From the NCBI RefSeq assembly GCF_001194135.2, contig NC_068983.1, forward strand, positions 142,840,264 to 142,904,263: 64,000 nucleotides of DNA, written 5' to 3'. Shown here piece by piece: positions 40,626 to 55,463 of this stretch (its first letter is position 1; every line of letters begins with the position of its first letter). This stretch comes from Octopus bimaculoides (Eukaryota). The notes under the pieces are model-generated. The model saw only the letters and a program-made list of their open reading frames with translations. It was not told the origin of the DNA and did not search any database. The position numbers and the translations under genes were made by a program.

Positions 40626-41369
40626 TTTTCCAGGCTTCATAGAATTAAGTACCAGTCAAATACTGGGTTGATATAACCAACTATACACAAGGTGGTGCCC
40701 CAGCATGGCTGCAGTCTAATGACTGAAACAAGAAAAAGATAAAAAAGATATAACCTTTCCTTCAAGTGTAAGATCATGTGTCTTTGTTAGAAATAAATAT
40801 CAAATATATTTTTAAATACAATATATACTTGGATTTATTATTACAGGCAATTGAATAGTATCCCTTGCTATAGAAAATAAAAACATTGCATCTTTTTTTT
40901 AGTGTAATACCATATTTTTTAGTTGCTTTAGTATTTTCTGCAGATTTTCTAGTCTGATCTTATAGAGATTACAGCTTCTGACATATAGATCTAGCTGTTC
41001 ATAGATATGAATCAGATCTGATCTTGTTTGAACTTGAATAAGTTGTAAATGTCACATAACAGAACTATAACTGAATCTTGTATTCATATCTCCTAAGATC
41101 TTTATGAATGGCTTTGTCTGTACAGTTGAAGTAAACTTTTGCCCACAAAAATAAGATGTACTTGATTTAATTGATATAGAAAGACATTTAAGGGATACTT
41201 TAATATAAAATAGATACAGGTATGGCTGCGTGGTTAAGTTGGTTTGTTGACTTTTCCAGGCTTCATAGAATTAAGTACCAGTCAAATACTGGGTTGATAT
41301 AACCAACTATACACAAGGTGGTGCCCCAGCATGGCTGCAGTCTAATGACTGAAACAAGAAAAAGATAAA
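40626..41369 (+). repeat. Identical 118-bp direct repeat (40626-40743 and 41252-41369)
   Basis: Base-for-base match from TTTTCCAGG to AAAAGATAAA. The sequence is a SINE-tail derivative. Confidence 0.85.
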
Positions 41370-44300
41370 TGAGATTGAGTAGAAAGGTAGCTGGGAGGAG
41401 TTCAAAATTCTGGATGTTTAAATTACTATAGGTTTGAAAAAAAATTTTACGAGAAAGTAACTAGCAATCCTCTGCCTAGTGGGCAATGAAGTTTGGGTCT
41501 GATGCTGATTCCACCAGGTTGATGCTGGAGAAAGTGTTGCTGTAGACTGCATCCTAGATTAGAAATTTGCTGGTTCAGAACAGGAAGATTATGATGCTGC
41601 CTAATTTTTTATTTTCCCCGTAGTCTAATCCCACTGGTTCTAGTTGCGATGGAAAATTGCCTGCATCCAAACAATGTTTAGCAATATGAGTGAAGTGGCT
41701 AGTACTGAGGGGTATGATGATGTGTAGAGTTCATAAATGTCTGATATGGACCCATAAGACACAAACAGCCAGAACAAATGCTATAAGGCATCCCATCCAG
41801 TGATGTAACACTCCAAAGTGGTGAACTGACAGAATTTTATCAACTCTGAAAGGAAGTAGAATGAAGTTGACCTCTATAGTATTTGAACTCGGAGCTTAGA
41901 GAGTTGGAAAAATACCACAAAGCCTTTTGTTCTTTCTTTAACGAATTTGCCACTTATTGAAGGCTTTGTTTTTCAGAAATAGCATACTTTCATATTATGT
42001 GATTATTCAGCTGCCATAGATATAGCCAGCTGGAGATGATGTTTCCTGGGGCTAAATAACAGTAACATTCGTCCCAACTGGGACTGCCCCATTATGTTGG
42101 CAAATAATCTTTACTTTAGAGTACTGTTACTAAATGTCTCTTGTTGAGAGATTTAGAAATAATAATTTTTCTATTTATAGATATACTCTTAGTTATATAT
42201 CTGGGTTTCATTGGCCTTTGTGTTTTTCTTGTTAGGATAAGTTGCCAGATTATGCTTCTTTGCATATTATGTCTTTTATTGAAGGGAATAATTTAATGTT
42301 CATTGATAAAACAGTTATATACGAGATTGGAAATATAAGATTTTTGTCTGAGCTTAAAAAAGATTGAACTGAAAAGTTAAAAACAGTTTTTGAACAATTT
42401 ACAGAAAATTTCTGATACAAGTCATGGCAAAAATGGTTGTGTTGTGACACCCCATATTTTGTTTTGATTTACGTATTAACTAATTTTAGTTATTTTCATT
42501 GAATTTCAAACTTTGTATTTTTTAAATACCATAAATGAAATTTACCATATGGAAGCTATCATATTCACTTTTTAAAAAAGATCTGGTTTAGATTACCATG
42601 ACTGATAATTCTTTATGACTGGTTATTGTGAAGAGGACATTATGAGAACTTTAATTTATTACAAGGATTTTTTTCTATTTTATTTGTTTTTGGTGATAGT
42701 AAACAAGGACTGAATATGTGTTTGTGTCTTGTGTTCATAAATTGTAATAAGCATTATTTCCTGTCAGCATGAATTTTACTATTTCTTTGCTTATCTGGAA
42801 CGTACTTTTTAGTGTTCAGTTTGTCTATTTTTGCTTAGTCTTTTCTTTGTAATGAAGTTTCTCTTTAGACAAGGTTGAAAAATCAGTTGACTCAAAATTT
42901 TTGGCAGAGACAAAAACAGAATTAATGACAAAAATTACCTTATCTGCACACAGAATGTATTTTATTCCAATATGAAAGTAATATAATAGCAATTTATTTA
43001 TTTTTGTAGTTTTAGAAGTAATTGTGAAAATAATAATATTGTGCTGGTGTTATAAATCATGTTCCAAATGGGCAAGTTTTCATGTGGTTTCTGCCTGCAA
43101 GTTTCCATGATACAAATGTAATTTATATCATTAAATATTATCACCACAATGAACAGATAGATATCCACAATTAATTTGAGATAAAGTCTGTAAAATGGAA
43201 TTGCACTTGATTTAGAAATTGTGCATTAGCATGTTATTTTTTCTTTTTTTTTAAATCATAGAAAATGTATCAGTGTGATATTTTTTGTTACGTATGGATA
43301 GCATTCATAAAGAATTTTACATTTATTCCTATGTATGAAAGGGCTAGGATTACTCATCCATTATTTTAATTCTGTTAAAAATGTATGGCTTCTGAATATA
43401 GATTTCCTTTTGAAGAAATACAAAGAAAAGAAAAAGGAAAAATACGAGGATTGCCAACAATTATCCAATGCCTACTGTTTAAAATTTGGAAAGTGATTCA
43501 TGTTTTTGCTTTGTAATTAGTTTGCACTCATTCCTTGTTATGATTCATTGCCTGGCTTAGTGAGATTTCTACGAGTGATAGAATTTTTACGGAACAATAT
43601 GTTATCATTTCCAATCCTTTTCACTTCTATTTCTCTTCACTTCTACTTTTTTCACTCTTTATTATTTCATTGAAAAAGAATAATTATTATCTCAGTCATT
43701 TATTTCAATGTATTTGGAATTTAATGACTACATATTTTTAAAGTGCCTTAATATTTTTATAAGCTTTTTTGCTGCTTTCCTTCTATTTGTTAGCCAAGTT
43801 TTTATAGAAACTGTAGGAAAATGCTGTTATCATTATTAACATTGTCTTTGATTAATTTTTGTGGCTGCATATTTTCTCCTTTTTTTATTATGCTGAAAAA
43901 TTTCTTTTCATTATAATATCAGTTATCTTTTTCAGTTTTGAAAAATTTTCTCTGTCATTTATTAATTCAAATGCTTCATGAATATCTGTTGATTGTTAAA
44001 AAAATATTTATTTAAAAAGAAAAAAAAACTATCAACAATGGAAATTGTTTTCAAATGATTCATTTCAGTGAAAGCTGCTCTAATTTTAACGGTTAAATTA
44101 TCTGTGTATGTTTGTTGAAATTGATAGTTTTATTCAAGGCCTTTTGACACTAGAAGAACTGGGATTTATTTGATTTCTACTTGTTTTATCTAAGAAAAAA
44201 TAACTTTTTATACTGTTCATAAAACAAAATTTAAACCTTATCAGTTGTGTTTCAATTGAAATCATAAGCGATATAATTTTTTTATTCTGAAATGTTGTAT

Positions 44301-44394
44301 CTTGTATCTGAAAGAAACAGAATTCTTGCTACAGTTTATTGTTCTAAGTAGGATAGGTGTAAACTAATACTCAACTTTTCAGGCCAGCTATATA

Positions 44395-45790
44395 GATTAG
44401 GTTGGTGTATGCAAAAATAATTGCAGATTTTTGTTATTTTAAACTTTGAGCGATGTATTTTGGAATAAAATTTTATATCTATACTAATGTATTATACCAT
44501 TTTGGAGTAGAGATTTTGGTCTATTGATTTATTGGTTTTACTTTTATTGTTCATTCTTGTTTATTTTAGGATGTAGGCTGTCAAATTAAAGAGAGAAAAA
44601 AAATTGAGCAATTTTATTGTATGAGTTCAAAGTGGAAATCAGAGCAGAGGGAACTGCTTGCAAGAGATATTAGACAAGCATTTGACCAGAAGACTGTCAA
44701 CAAACATAGTCTAAACATTAGTTTGAAAAATATCATAGCAGAGACAAGAACTATGAAGGTTGACAATGACTATTTGAGGACTTCACTGGTGTAGCTCTCA
44801 GGGTCATCAGGGTACACAAACCACTACACCACAACAAGGACTGGACCTTATGATGTTGTATCCTAGATTTGGGTTTCTTTTATCTTTTACTTAGGAGAGA
44901 AGGATAGTGCCCATGACTCTAACATAGTTTCTGAGACTGGTGGGATGGAGGGAGCAAGATATCTTGTCCTAGCCCCAAAACTTTCAATAGAGTAACAGAA
45001 GTGAAATGACATTTAATTAGCCTAGTATTGAACTGGACTCACATAGAATAATTTGAGTGTGTTGAAGAATTAAACATTCAATAGTTGGTTGACATTTACA
45101 CCATATTTGGAAGCTGATGACACTTGACATTTGTTGAGCTTTTTTGAGTGCTACACAAGCAGAATGAAAATAAAAAATCTCATTTCTGAAGTTTTATCTG
45201 CACTTTTTTTACACATCAAAAATGATTTCATTCCTTGGTTGTATTTTGACATGTGCTAAAACATAGATTCTGTACAACAATCAATGACATTCCACCCTAA
45301 TTAATTGGCCAAGGTGAAGTACCAAAACACTCTCCCAAAATGGAGCTATATCAAAAGAAGGTTATGGTCACTGTTTTGTTGTTGGCAAATTGAATCATCC
45401 ATTTCTATTTCTTGAATCCTGATGAAACCATCACAGCAGAGAAGTATTGTCAAGAAATCAACAACATGCACCAAGAATTGTAATGTTTATGTCTAGCACT
45501 GGTCAATCAAAATATATCACTTCTTCTCTATTATACTTGACCACATATCTTGCAAAGATTCTGCAAAAATTGAATGAAGCGGGCCATCAAGCTCTACCTC
45601 ACCCATCTTACACCTCAGACCCCTCTCAGACTGACTACCATTCTTTCAAGCATTTTCTTAACTTCCTGCTAAAGATCTTCAACACCCAAACATTACCTCA
45701 AAGCACCTTTGAATAATTCATCAGTTTCAGGACTCCAGAATTCTATACTATAAGCAGACTAGTTTCTTGTTAGTAAAAAAGCATAGGTTT
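44395..45790 (+). mobile_element. Degenerate mariner transposon
   Basis: TIR-like TTAGGTTGGTG...CAAAAATAATTGC. Transposase remnants ILLYEFK (~44613) and LPHPSYTSDPSQTDYHSFKH (YSPDLAPxDY-like, ~45600). Interrupted by unrelated sequence at ~44780-45130. Confidence 0.8.
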
Positions 45791-47887
45791 ATTTCTGTCT
45801 TTTTTTTTTTGTTTCAGTATATATAGAATTGTATTTTTTATTGATGGCTCCATTGTAAGAGTTTTCAAGTTTACTCGAGAAGTAGCCTTTGTATTTAGAG
45901 GAAATACTTGAATATGGAATTCTTCATATATTAGGAACTATATTATATGCAAGTATGAATAGAAATATAGATGAAAGACCAAATAGTTCCGCCTACACAT
46001 ATGTACACACACATTTATGTATTTGTATATATAAACATACATGAATAGTTTTGCAGATCAGCAAACCCTAACAAAGTATAAACAAGAAAAGAAACTCGAA
46101 AGCTGCCAATTTGTTTTGCATATTAGAAACTCCTTCATTGCCATTGTTTCCTGAGCATCTGCTGATTATGGTTGCATCCCTTATGATCTCCTATAATGAA
46201 GAACTCACACATATTTGGAGGAGATTTAGTTATTCTCAAAAGGAACTGTTTGATGACTTTCAATTGTGATTCAGCCACATGGTATATTAAGTGCTTAGAA
46301 GAAATGGCAATTCAATTCAGCTCAGGACATGATCATTGAATACTTATAGAAAAATACCAACTACTATTATTTTTGTCTGACTGCATATTTGAACCTACTT
46401 CAAATTTTTAATGCTTCATGCAGTGTGTATGCCTTCACTACTTAACTATATTACTCATGCCTTTAGAAAAATAAAAGAAATAAAAGATCTAGTTTAAGGT
46501 CACCATCATCATCAACATTATACTCACTGTAACACTATGAAAAGTATTTTACCAACCATGACCATAGATTTATTTTACTGACATAACAAGACTGAAATGG
46601 TGTATTATTTTGTTTCACCCAGTGAATATAGTATAGAGAAATTATATTAAAATGAAAAATTTTCTTGATTTTTATGCATGTTTGAAAAAAAAATTAAGAA
46701 AGCAAAAAGCAATAATATGGAAGAAAATAAAACAATTTTTACATTAGGTGAAGTCTATATACTTTTCCCTTTGAAAAGTTTCCATAACTGATAATAGTTT
46801 TTAATCTGAAAGCTATCTTATTTTCCAATACTCTGTCTTAAGCTCATGAGAAATTCAGTATTTCTTAACCATAAAATATTTCATTATCATAACCATAAAG
46901 ATAACTGATAACTTCCCAGACATAATTTTCTTCAATCTAATTCTCTCCATTCAAGTCATTTTACAAGGTTATGAGTTGATATGGACAGCTAGCAGGAGTT
47001 AACTCTCTCACATTAGCTTTTATTCAGAGGTAACTACAAATGTCATTTTTGTTGATGTTGACATTTCTGTATTTCTTCATTATCTTGTCAGTTCCAGTAG
47101 GATTTCAACTTTAAGGCACTCAGTTCTACTAATATCAAATTATCTTACTATAAATTGAAATTACAAAAAAAAAAAAATATTGTAACTTTATCAGTATTTG
47201 AATGTTAAAACTTTATTCTAACATATCTTGTATTGAAATTATTCTCTAAGTATTGTCTTACTCATTGACATACTGATTAATGGCTATTTCTGTTTTTGTA
47301 AGCATGAGTATTTCTTGCATATGCTCAAGGCTTCAATTATTTTTGTTCATTTGTAAAAAAAGAACTTCTCTTAATTAGTAAAATGTTTAAAATAAATTGA
47401 AGCTTTAGGCTCTCTTTTGTAACCATTATTACAGTTTCCATTTTTTCCCTCCAAAGTTAAATTCATAACAATTTAAGATGAAACTTTTATTGTTTCATTC
47501 ATTGAATGTTGTTATCTGTTTTCAATAGTTTCCTGTGAATTTTTTGCTGCATCACCAGGTGCATCTCTATTACTGAGGTGTGTGTGTGATATTTTCAGGA
47601 GGTGGATGAATGTATGGGGATGAAGCAGCATCTGTCTTGTGTCTAATTGGCTGTATTGTGGAGTTTTTTGTTTCTTAATGTATTATTTTAATGTTGTTCT
47701 TGTTTGTTGTGAAAACTTTTATCGTATAGGAATATGTCTCTTTGAGTTTTGAGTTCAAATCTCACCAAGGTCAAAATCATGGGTTGATAAAATAATATGT
47801 CAATATAATCAATTATACATTTCTTCCCCAAATTACAGCCTTTTGTTCATGTTAGGAAACATTAATATTTTCTCATATTTTTTTCAG

Positions 47888-47923
47888 ATGTTTATGGTAC
47901 AGGAATATTTTTAAAAGCAAAAG
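47888..47923 (+). CDS. Inter-WSC linker exon (H)VYGTGIFLKAK(V)
   Basis: Long polypyrimidine acceptor ttctcatattttttcag|, donor AAG|GTTAAG, 36 nt, phase 1-1. Gives ...YKTHVYGTGIFLKAKVTYLGCY. Confidence 0.65.
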
Positions 47924-48472
47924 GTTAAGTAAATGATTTTATTTGTTTACAATTTTTTTTTAATGTTTCTAAATAAAACAATTTAATTTTGAATAAAATA
48001 TTTTAAATAAGATTGGATTGTAAAATTTTAATTTTATGGTTATTGAATTAGAAGTAATTTTTTTCAGTTTTTAAATTATTTTGAAACCCTACATCTGTGC
48101 TCATTCTGGAGTACTGCTTAATTAATCAAATGCTTAATCTTGACATAAAATGATATTAGAATATTTGTAAAGTGATTAGGTTTCTGAAAGTAAGTGATAT
48201 TATTTTTCATTGCGATTATAGAAATTCAAGGAGTTGGCAGAGTACTTGCTGAACATGATATAGTTCCTTCCATTTAGTCTTTAGCTTTTTTGAATAAAAT
48301 ATTTTCTCTCAATGGCTTTTCTCTGGATAGATTTTTTGCCCTCCAGGGTTGATAAAAATAAGTATCTTGTTTGAATTTATTTAAATAACTTCTGTCCACA
48401 ATAAACTTGGTCTTTCTTTGTGAACTGAAGTAGATTGGAAATTGAGTTTAATTAAGGTTGTAAATCAATAAA

Positions 48473-48858
48473 GTGGAGGCGCAATGGCCCAGTGGTTAGG
48501 GCAGCAGACTCACGGTCATAGGATCGCGGTTTCGATTCTCAGACCGGGCGTTGTGAGTGTTTATTGAGCGAAAAACACCTAAGGCTCTTCGATGCTCCGG
48601 CAGGGGATGGTGGCAAACCCTGCTGTACTCTTCCACTACAACTTTCTTTCACTCTTACTTCCTGTTTCTGATGTACCTGTATTTCAAAGGATCAGCCTTG
48701 TCACACTGTGTCACGCTGAATATCCCCGAGAACTACATTAAGGGTACACGTGTCTGTGGAGTGCTCAGCCACTTGCATGTTAATTTCACGAGCAGGCTGT
48801 TCCGCTGATTGGATCAACTGGAACCCTCGACGTCGTAAGCGACGGAGTGCCAACTAAC
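48473..48858 (+). mobile_element. Full-length tRNA-derived SINE with 12-bp TSD
   Basis: tRNA-like head TGGCCCAGTGG...GTTTCGATTC and TSD TAAATCAATAAA at 48461-48472 and 48859-48870. A 5'-truncated copy lies at 6433-6745. Confidence 0.88.
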
Positions 48859-50011
48859 TAAATCAATAAAATATACCACTGGAAGCTCTTAGTATTTTGT
48901 TATTTTTGTTTTCATCCACCATAATTATAGATTATGGAGATAAAGGCAGTGAGCTGGCCGTCATTAGCATGCCAGACAAAACGCTTAGCAGCATTTTGTC
49001 CATCTTTACGTCCTGAGTTCAAATTCTGCTGAGGTTGACTTTACCTTTCATTCTTTTAGGGTCAGTGAAATTAGTACCAGTTGAGAACTGGGATCAATGT
49101 AATTGACTAATCCCCTCCCTCAAAATTTCAGGCTTTGTACCTATCGTAGAAAGGATATTACAGTCTCAATAAAAATAAGAATATCTACTTATACCATACA
49201 ATAGTGCAATAAGCAGTCAGTTGCTTGACTTGTAGTTTATGAAGTAAAGTTGTGAAATTATTCTGAAATCAGAATTGTGATATTCATGCTTTTCTAAAGA
49301 ATGTTAATAAAGTGAAATATTTCAACCAGTAATCAAATTACCAGGAGATTACTGCAGCACTGATACACTACTTTTTAAAGCATTTAGGTTTTGTTCTTGG
49401 GTTGAATTTTTACTCAACATTCCAAGCTGATGATATAGGAATAATTTTACACAGTACTCTTGCTGCCAGCAATGTTGAGTTGTGTCTCCATGCTGTTAAT
49501 TTTATTGCTAGACTTGTGTCTTGGTTATGACACAGAACAGTTCTAGTGCCAAGATATAAATCAAAACTTTTGCCTATATGCTAATATACTATTGATTCAG
49601 CTCATATCCTAGCAATAATATTCCACTGGTGGCCAGATATATTGGCCACATGACTGATAATAGCCACTTGGATATGATATTATTTTCTTGACTGAAGGTT
49701 TTGATTTTTATTTCCCTGTCACTTCAAAATACTAGTGACAATGCCTGTTGTCTCTACTTATTTAGATCAAGTAAAAGAAAGAAAAAAGAGTAAATGACTT
49801 ATTAATTGGTTGATGGAGCAATGAGTTAAATTAGAAATTGATAAGTAATTTGGTGTATTGCTATGTTGAGATGAACTTAATCAATTCAAGTTATATAAGA
49901 ATTACTATAAAAGTTTTCGTTTTATCAAAAGAATTATACTATCCATTTAAACAATTTTTAATTTATAATGCAAGAAATATCTTAAATTTAAAAAAAAAAT
50001 TTACTTTCCAG

Positions 50012-50150
50012 TGACATATTTAGGATGTTACGTAACACACTGGACACCATTTTTATCAGGGAATAAGACATCAGTGGATAAAATGACAATTGAATTGTGT
50101 CTAGAAACATGCAATAATTTGAACAGCTATTATGCAGGGCTTCTAAAAAG
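50012..50150 (+). CDS. WSC domain 2, N-terminal half: TYLGCYVTHWTPFLSGNKTSVDKMTIELCLETCNNLNSYYAGLLK(R)
   Basis: Acceptor ttactttccag|, donor AAG|GTAAAT, 139 nt, phase 1-2 (same size and phase as 36396-36534). Contains YLGCY...MTIELCxxxC...YAGL. Confidence 0.93.
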
Positions 50151-50783
50151 GTAAATTTTCAGCTAGATTCAAAACAGTTTTCCTTTTTTCTCTTTATTGT
50201 TACTGTTAAGAGAATTAATATTGAGTCACTATAGTTACTGTCATGGAATAGAGGTTTTCTCAGCAATCCTAGTTTGCAACTTCACTTCCTTGCATGTTCT
50301 TGTTCTTGAGAAAGACATGAACATCATCACAATATAATTTTTCTGTTCATTTAAATCTGGATTTGTACCTCAGTAAGATGTAATATTTTTGTCAAGGCAG
50401 TAAACAGCTAATAAGATGATGAGATTTAAGATTATAATGATCAGTCTCAGAAATACCAGTTTAGTCAACCATATACCCCCCCCCCCCCAATAATTGGTTG
50501 GATGGTTATTCAACCGATTTTATTCCTAATCAATTGAGCTATGACTCTCTCTGTAAGTTTCATGACATGGTGATGTTCTTTTAACCTTGGTGATGTTCTT
50601 TTAATCTTTTACTGATTTCACTCATTAAATTGTAACTATACTTAGGTACTGTTCTGTAGGGTGTATTTTATTAACCTCTGAAAAATGAAAGAGAAGTAAG
50701 TGCAGTGAGATTAGAACCCGAAATGTAAAGGACCATATCATAATGCCATAAAGTATTTTGCAATCTGTTTTATATTGTTTTAT

Positions 50784-50814
<31 letters not shown>

Positions 50815-50845
50815 TAATTTAAGCACACAGTATAACTTCAGAAAA

Positions 50846-50876
<31 letters not shown>

Positions 50877-51399
50877 CCTAATCACTTATCAGTCTGGGGG
50901 GCACATAAGCCAGATTGATTACCTCCTTACCAGGCAATGAGTTAGACAGATGCTTGCAAATACAAAGTCTTTCCCAGGTGAAGAGTGTACACAACATAGG
51001 TTATTAGTTAGTGTCTTTAGAATTAGAGCTAGAAAGACTTTGGAAAAGAAAATTATGGAAGCTCAAAGATCCAGCAAACAGGCAGAAATTTAGAGATATT
51101 CTATAATGGAAACTTCTGATGAAAGAGAGGAAGAGTTGGAGACATATAACTTAGAGGACAATTGGAAGTTCCTGTACTGAGGGTTACAGACCAAATCTGT
51201 GGCTGGTGCAAAGTCCCAGCTAGGCCGAGGGTGACATGGTGGTGGAACAAGTTGGTAGTCAGTGCTATAAAAGCAAAGAGACAGGCTTAGAAAGACTGGG
51301 AAAACGGTGGAAGCAGATAATTATATCAGGTAGCTAGAAAGCAGCTAGGTGACAGGTTTACATAGCAAAAGGAATAGCAGAAGGTAGGAGATTTGCAAA

Positions 51400-52113
51400 T
51401 GTTCTACAGTGTGAGTATCAAAGAATAGAGATGTGACGACATCCTGGGGGAGACTCTAGGCTTCAATGAGGAACAGCTTGTCAACCTGTTCGGAAGAACA
51501 TTTGGGCTGAGGTATCTGGACAACTTCCAGAAATCCCTGACCTGGTTGTGCTACTGATTGGCTTTGCCAGTTCGAGAGAGGTTGTCAAGGCATGGTGCTG
51601 GTATCCCACCCACATGCTCGAGGTGCGAGCATGTCACAGAAACTGTCACGCATGCCTTCGTACATTGTGAGGAACTAAGGGGACTGATAACCTATGTTGA
51701 ACAACTGGTGTCAGATACGGAAAGAGTGCAGTTATCAACTGAGTCTATCATCAAGATTATGCCGCCTCCCTCCTTTAACAAGGGAAAAGAGGCGTCATTT
51801 TTCTGCGTAGTAGCCGTATTGAAAGAGACAGTATGGGTGACGCATGGAAGAGGAATTGAGACAGGCAACTTTATCTCTGGACATGGGTTGGTTAGTTTTT
51901 TTAACTACCATCTGCCCAGAAAGATTAGTCTGTAGAAAAGATGCCTGCCTCGAAGAGCGTTTAAGAAAAGATGGACAAATGTTTTAAGGAAGTTGAGAGT
52001 GAATGGGGCTGCGCTAGTGTAGCCAGTCTGAACAGAAAAGAAGGAAAAAAAACAGAAGGAAAAATTAAAAAAAAAGGGTATTATAAAAAGTTTAAAAAAG
52101 AAAAAGGAAAAAC
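51400..52113 (+). mobile_element. L1/Tx1-clade LINE, ORF2 C-terminus (zinc-binding zf-RVT-like region)
   Basis: LPVRERL...CSRC...ETVTHAFVHC motif followed by an A-rich tail. Confidence 0.75.
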
Positions 52114-53629
52114 NNNNNNNNNNNNNNNNNNNNNNNNNNNNNNNNNNNNNNNNNNNNNNNNNNNNNNNNNNNNNNNNNNNNNNNNNNNNNNNNNNNNNNN
52201 NNNNNNNNNNNNNNNNNNNNNNNNNNNNNNNNNNNNNNNNNNNNNNNNNNNNNNNNNNNNNNNNNNNNNNNNNNNNNNNNNNNNNNNNNNNNNNNNNNNN
52301 NNNNNNNNNNNNNNNNNNNNNNNNNNNNNNNNNNNNNNNNNNNNNNNNNNNNNNNNNNNNNNNNNNNNNNNNNNNNNNNNNNNNNNNNNNNNNNNNNNNN
52401 NNNNNNNNNNNNNNNNNNNNNNNNNNNNNNNNNNNNNNNNNNNNNNNNNNNNNNNNNNNNNNNNNNNNNNNNNNNNNNNNNNNNNNNNNNNNNNNNNNNN
52501 NNNNNNNNNNNNNNNNNNNNNNNNNNNNNNNNNNNNNNNNNNNNNNNNNNNNNNNNNNNNNNNNNNNNNNNNNNNNNNNNNNNNNNNNNNNNNNNNNNNN
52601 NNNNNNNNNNNNNNNNNNNNNNNNNNNNNNNNNNNNNNNNNNNNNNNNNNNNNNNNNNNNNNNNNTATATATATATATATATGTATATGTATGTATGTAT
52701 GTATGTGTGTGTATATGTTTGTGTGTCTGTTTGTCCCCCCAGCATCGCTTGACAACCGATGCTGGTGTATTTATGTCCCTGTAACTTAGTGGTTCAGAAA
52801 AAGAAACCGATAGAATAAGTACTAGGTTTACAAAGAATAAGCTCTGGGGTCGATTTGCTTGACTATAAATGTGATGCTCCAGCATGGCCACAGTCAAATG
52901 ACTGAAACAAGTAAAAGAGTAAAAGGGAGAGTATAATTTTTAAATTCATTTCGATTTCATTGTACTGCGTAAATTCATCCGATTTCATTATATTCGATTT
53001 TTTTACTAAGGTATAACCCCAGCCCCTAAATGTTTTTGTTATGTCTTTGTGTTGTACACTCTGTGTCATGGCCTGTGTGCTGAATAAAAGAAATTAGTGT
53101 TCGTTGGTTGTTACTCATTTCTACAACACTCATTCTCTTGAAATATTGCAATGCCATGTCTCTTATCTAATTCAACAAGACTATTTTGAATTGTTGTTTA
53201 AAACTCTAGTAGCTTAGTATGAAAGAATTAGTTAATATAAATTTTATGTCCTAATGACAATTTTCTTTGACTTATAAAATGTACTGTAAATATTAAATGT
53301 ATGTAAATAAACTAATTTAGTAAATAATTTGTTTTTCTTCGTTTTTTTCAACCTGTTAATGGAAATTTATTTCTGTAACTATGAAACTGTTATTATAGCA
53401 GTGAAAAAGGGCGAGCTTATTTATCTTCAACATACATGCACGTTCAGCATCTTGGTGTGTATAATTCATCACAGTGTTTACGCAGCCTGAGTTAAGATTT
53501 TTGTATAGTGATAATACTTATTATTAAGTTATCAGTGAAGGATTTATCACCATAGATTCCTACTCAAGAAATAATTATATTTATTATCTTTTCCAAGTTC
53601 GAACATGTTATAAATTAGTAACTCACTGT

Positions 53630-54965
53630 TATACCAGGAAGGGGGAAATAGATTCTGTGTTCATTTTAAGGAGATTGCAAGAGGAATACCGAGATAAGGA
53701 GGAGTTGTACATGTGCTTCGTTGATCTGGAGAAGGCATTTGATAGGGTTTCAAGGAAGGTGATTGAGTGGGCATTGAGGAAGAGAGATGTACTAGAAGTA
53801 ATAGTAAGGGCAGTGATGAGTTTGTCTGAGTGGGTAAAGACAAGTTAGAATTGGATCAGAGCTGTCAGAGGAGTTTGCAGTGAAAGTTGGTGTGCATCAG
53901 GGATCTGTGTTGTCACCATTGCTGTTTGCAATAGTGGTTGATGTGGTGATGGAGAGTGCAAGAGAGGGATTGATAATGGAGATACTGTAGGCAGATGACC
54001 TTGTTCTGATGAATGAGACGATGGAGGGATTGAGGGAGAAGTTTTGGAAATGGAAGGAGGTGTGTGAAAGCAAGGGTTTGAAGGTAAACCTTGGGAAGCC
54101 AAAGGTGATGGTGAGTGGGGTGGAAAGAGAAGTGTTAGTGAGTAAGGTGGATCCATGTGGTGTATGTGGGAGGAGGGTAATGGCAAATGCAGTGTTGTGT
54201 ATGAGATGTGAGAAATGGATTCATGGTAGATGTATGAAAATGAAGAAGNNNNNNNNNNAGACTGGCAAGAGAGTTTGTTTGTGGAAGATGTGAGAAAGGA
54301 GCTGGAGGGCTGGCAGAACCAGTGGAAACACTATGTGACGAGGTGGAAACAGAGAGAGGGTTTTGTTATTTGGGAGATAGGGTGGATATGAAACAGTTGT
54401 GACAGCAAGAGTGAGACTTGGCTGGGTGAAGTTCAGGGAATGTGGAGCGTTGTTATGTGGCAAAAGGTTCTCATTGAAGATGAAAGGAAGGGTCTATAGG
54501 AGTTGCATGAGAGCTGCAGTGCTGTATGGAAGTGAGACATGGTGTCTGAGGGAAATGAGAGATGGCAATTTTGAGAAGGGCCAAGAGAGCAATGGTGAAA
54601 GAAATGTGAGGTGAAGCTGTTTGATAAGAGAACTGAGGACTTGATGGGGATGCTGGGGTTGGTGGAATGACTGGCAAGGGCAAATGGAGTGCAGTGGTAT
54701 GGGCGTGTATTGAGGAGGGACGAGGAGAATGTTCTGTGGAGGGTGCTTAAGTTTGAGGTAAATGGACTGCAAAAGCGAGGTAGACCGAGGAAAACATGGC
54801 GGGGACAGGTGGAGGAGGAGATTGGGAGGGTTGGCTTGAGAAGGGAGGACACCCAAAACAGGGCAAGATGGCGAGATGTTGTGAGGGTGGTTGCTATGGC
54901 ATTGAGGTAGATCTGGCTACCTCCGTTAATGGAGACAAAACCTGGATTTAAAACACTGGACAATG
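53630..54965 (+). mobile_element. RTE-clade LINE, RT domain to 3' end, degenerate
   Basis: YMCFVDLEKAFDRV, GVHQGSVLSPLLF, L*ADDLVL and GRPRKTW motifs, with stops and frameshifts. Confidence 0.92.
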
Positions 54966-55463
54966 ATGGTATGCAAAATATTAGCTCTTAATGATATTTA
55001 TCAGGATAATACATTTTAAAAATGGTCTCAGTTTAGTTACCTAAACTGTGTGCCTAACTCTTGAGAAAATAATTAATCTTGTCAAGTTTTCCCTAAGTTC
55101 ACATAATTTTCTTTCATAGTAATTTTTGTTTTTTATTTATCTTTTACTCTGTGTATTTGTTTTCTTGATGTGCTTTTTTGAAGTTAGTTTTTCATGGTTT
55201 ATATGTGATTGTAAATTAACTAAATATTGGAATTTATCAAATTACTCCCTATGTTATGGCTAGCAGTTTTGATGTCAATCTTTATTTCTAATATTTAGAT
55301 AAAATTTTGTAATTCTTTCTGGTGAACAAAAACTTTACTTTGTTATTTTAGTATAAACATTCTTAGAACATTTATTTATTTTTAATTCAGTCCAATTTTT
55401 CTGCCAGTTATTATGAATAAAACAAACAAGCAAAACAAAAAAAAAAATTACTCTACTTTTTAG

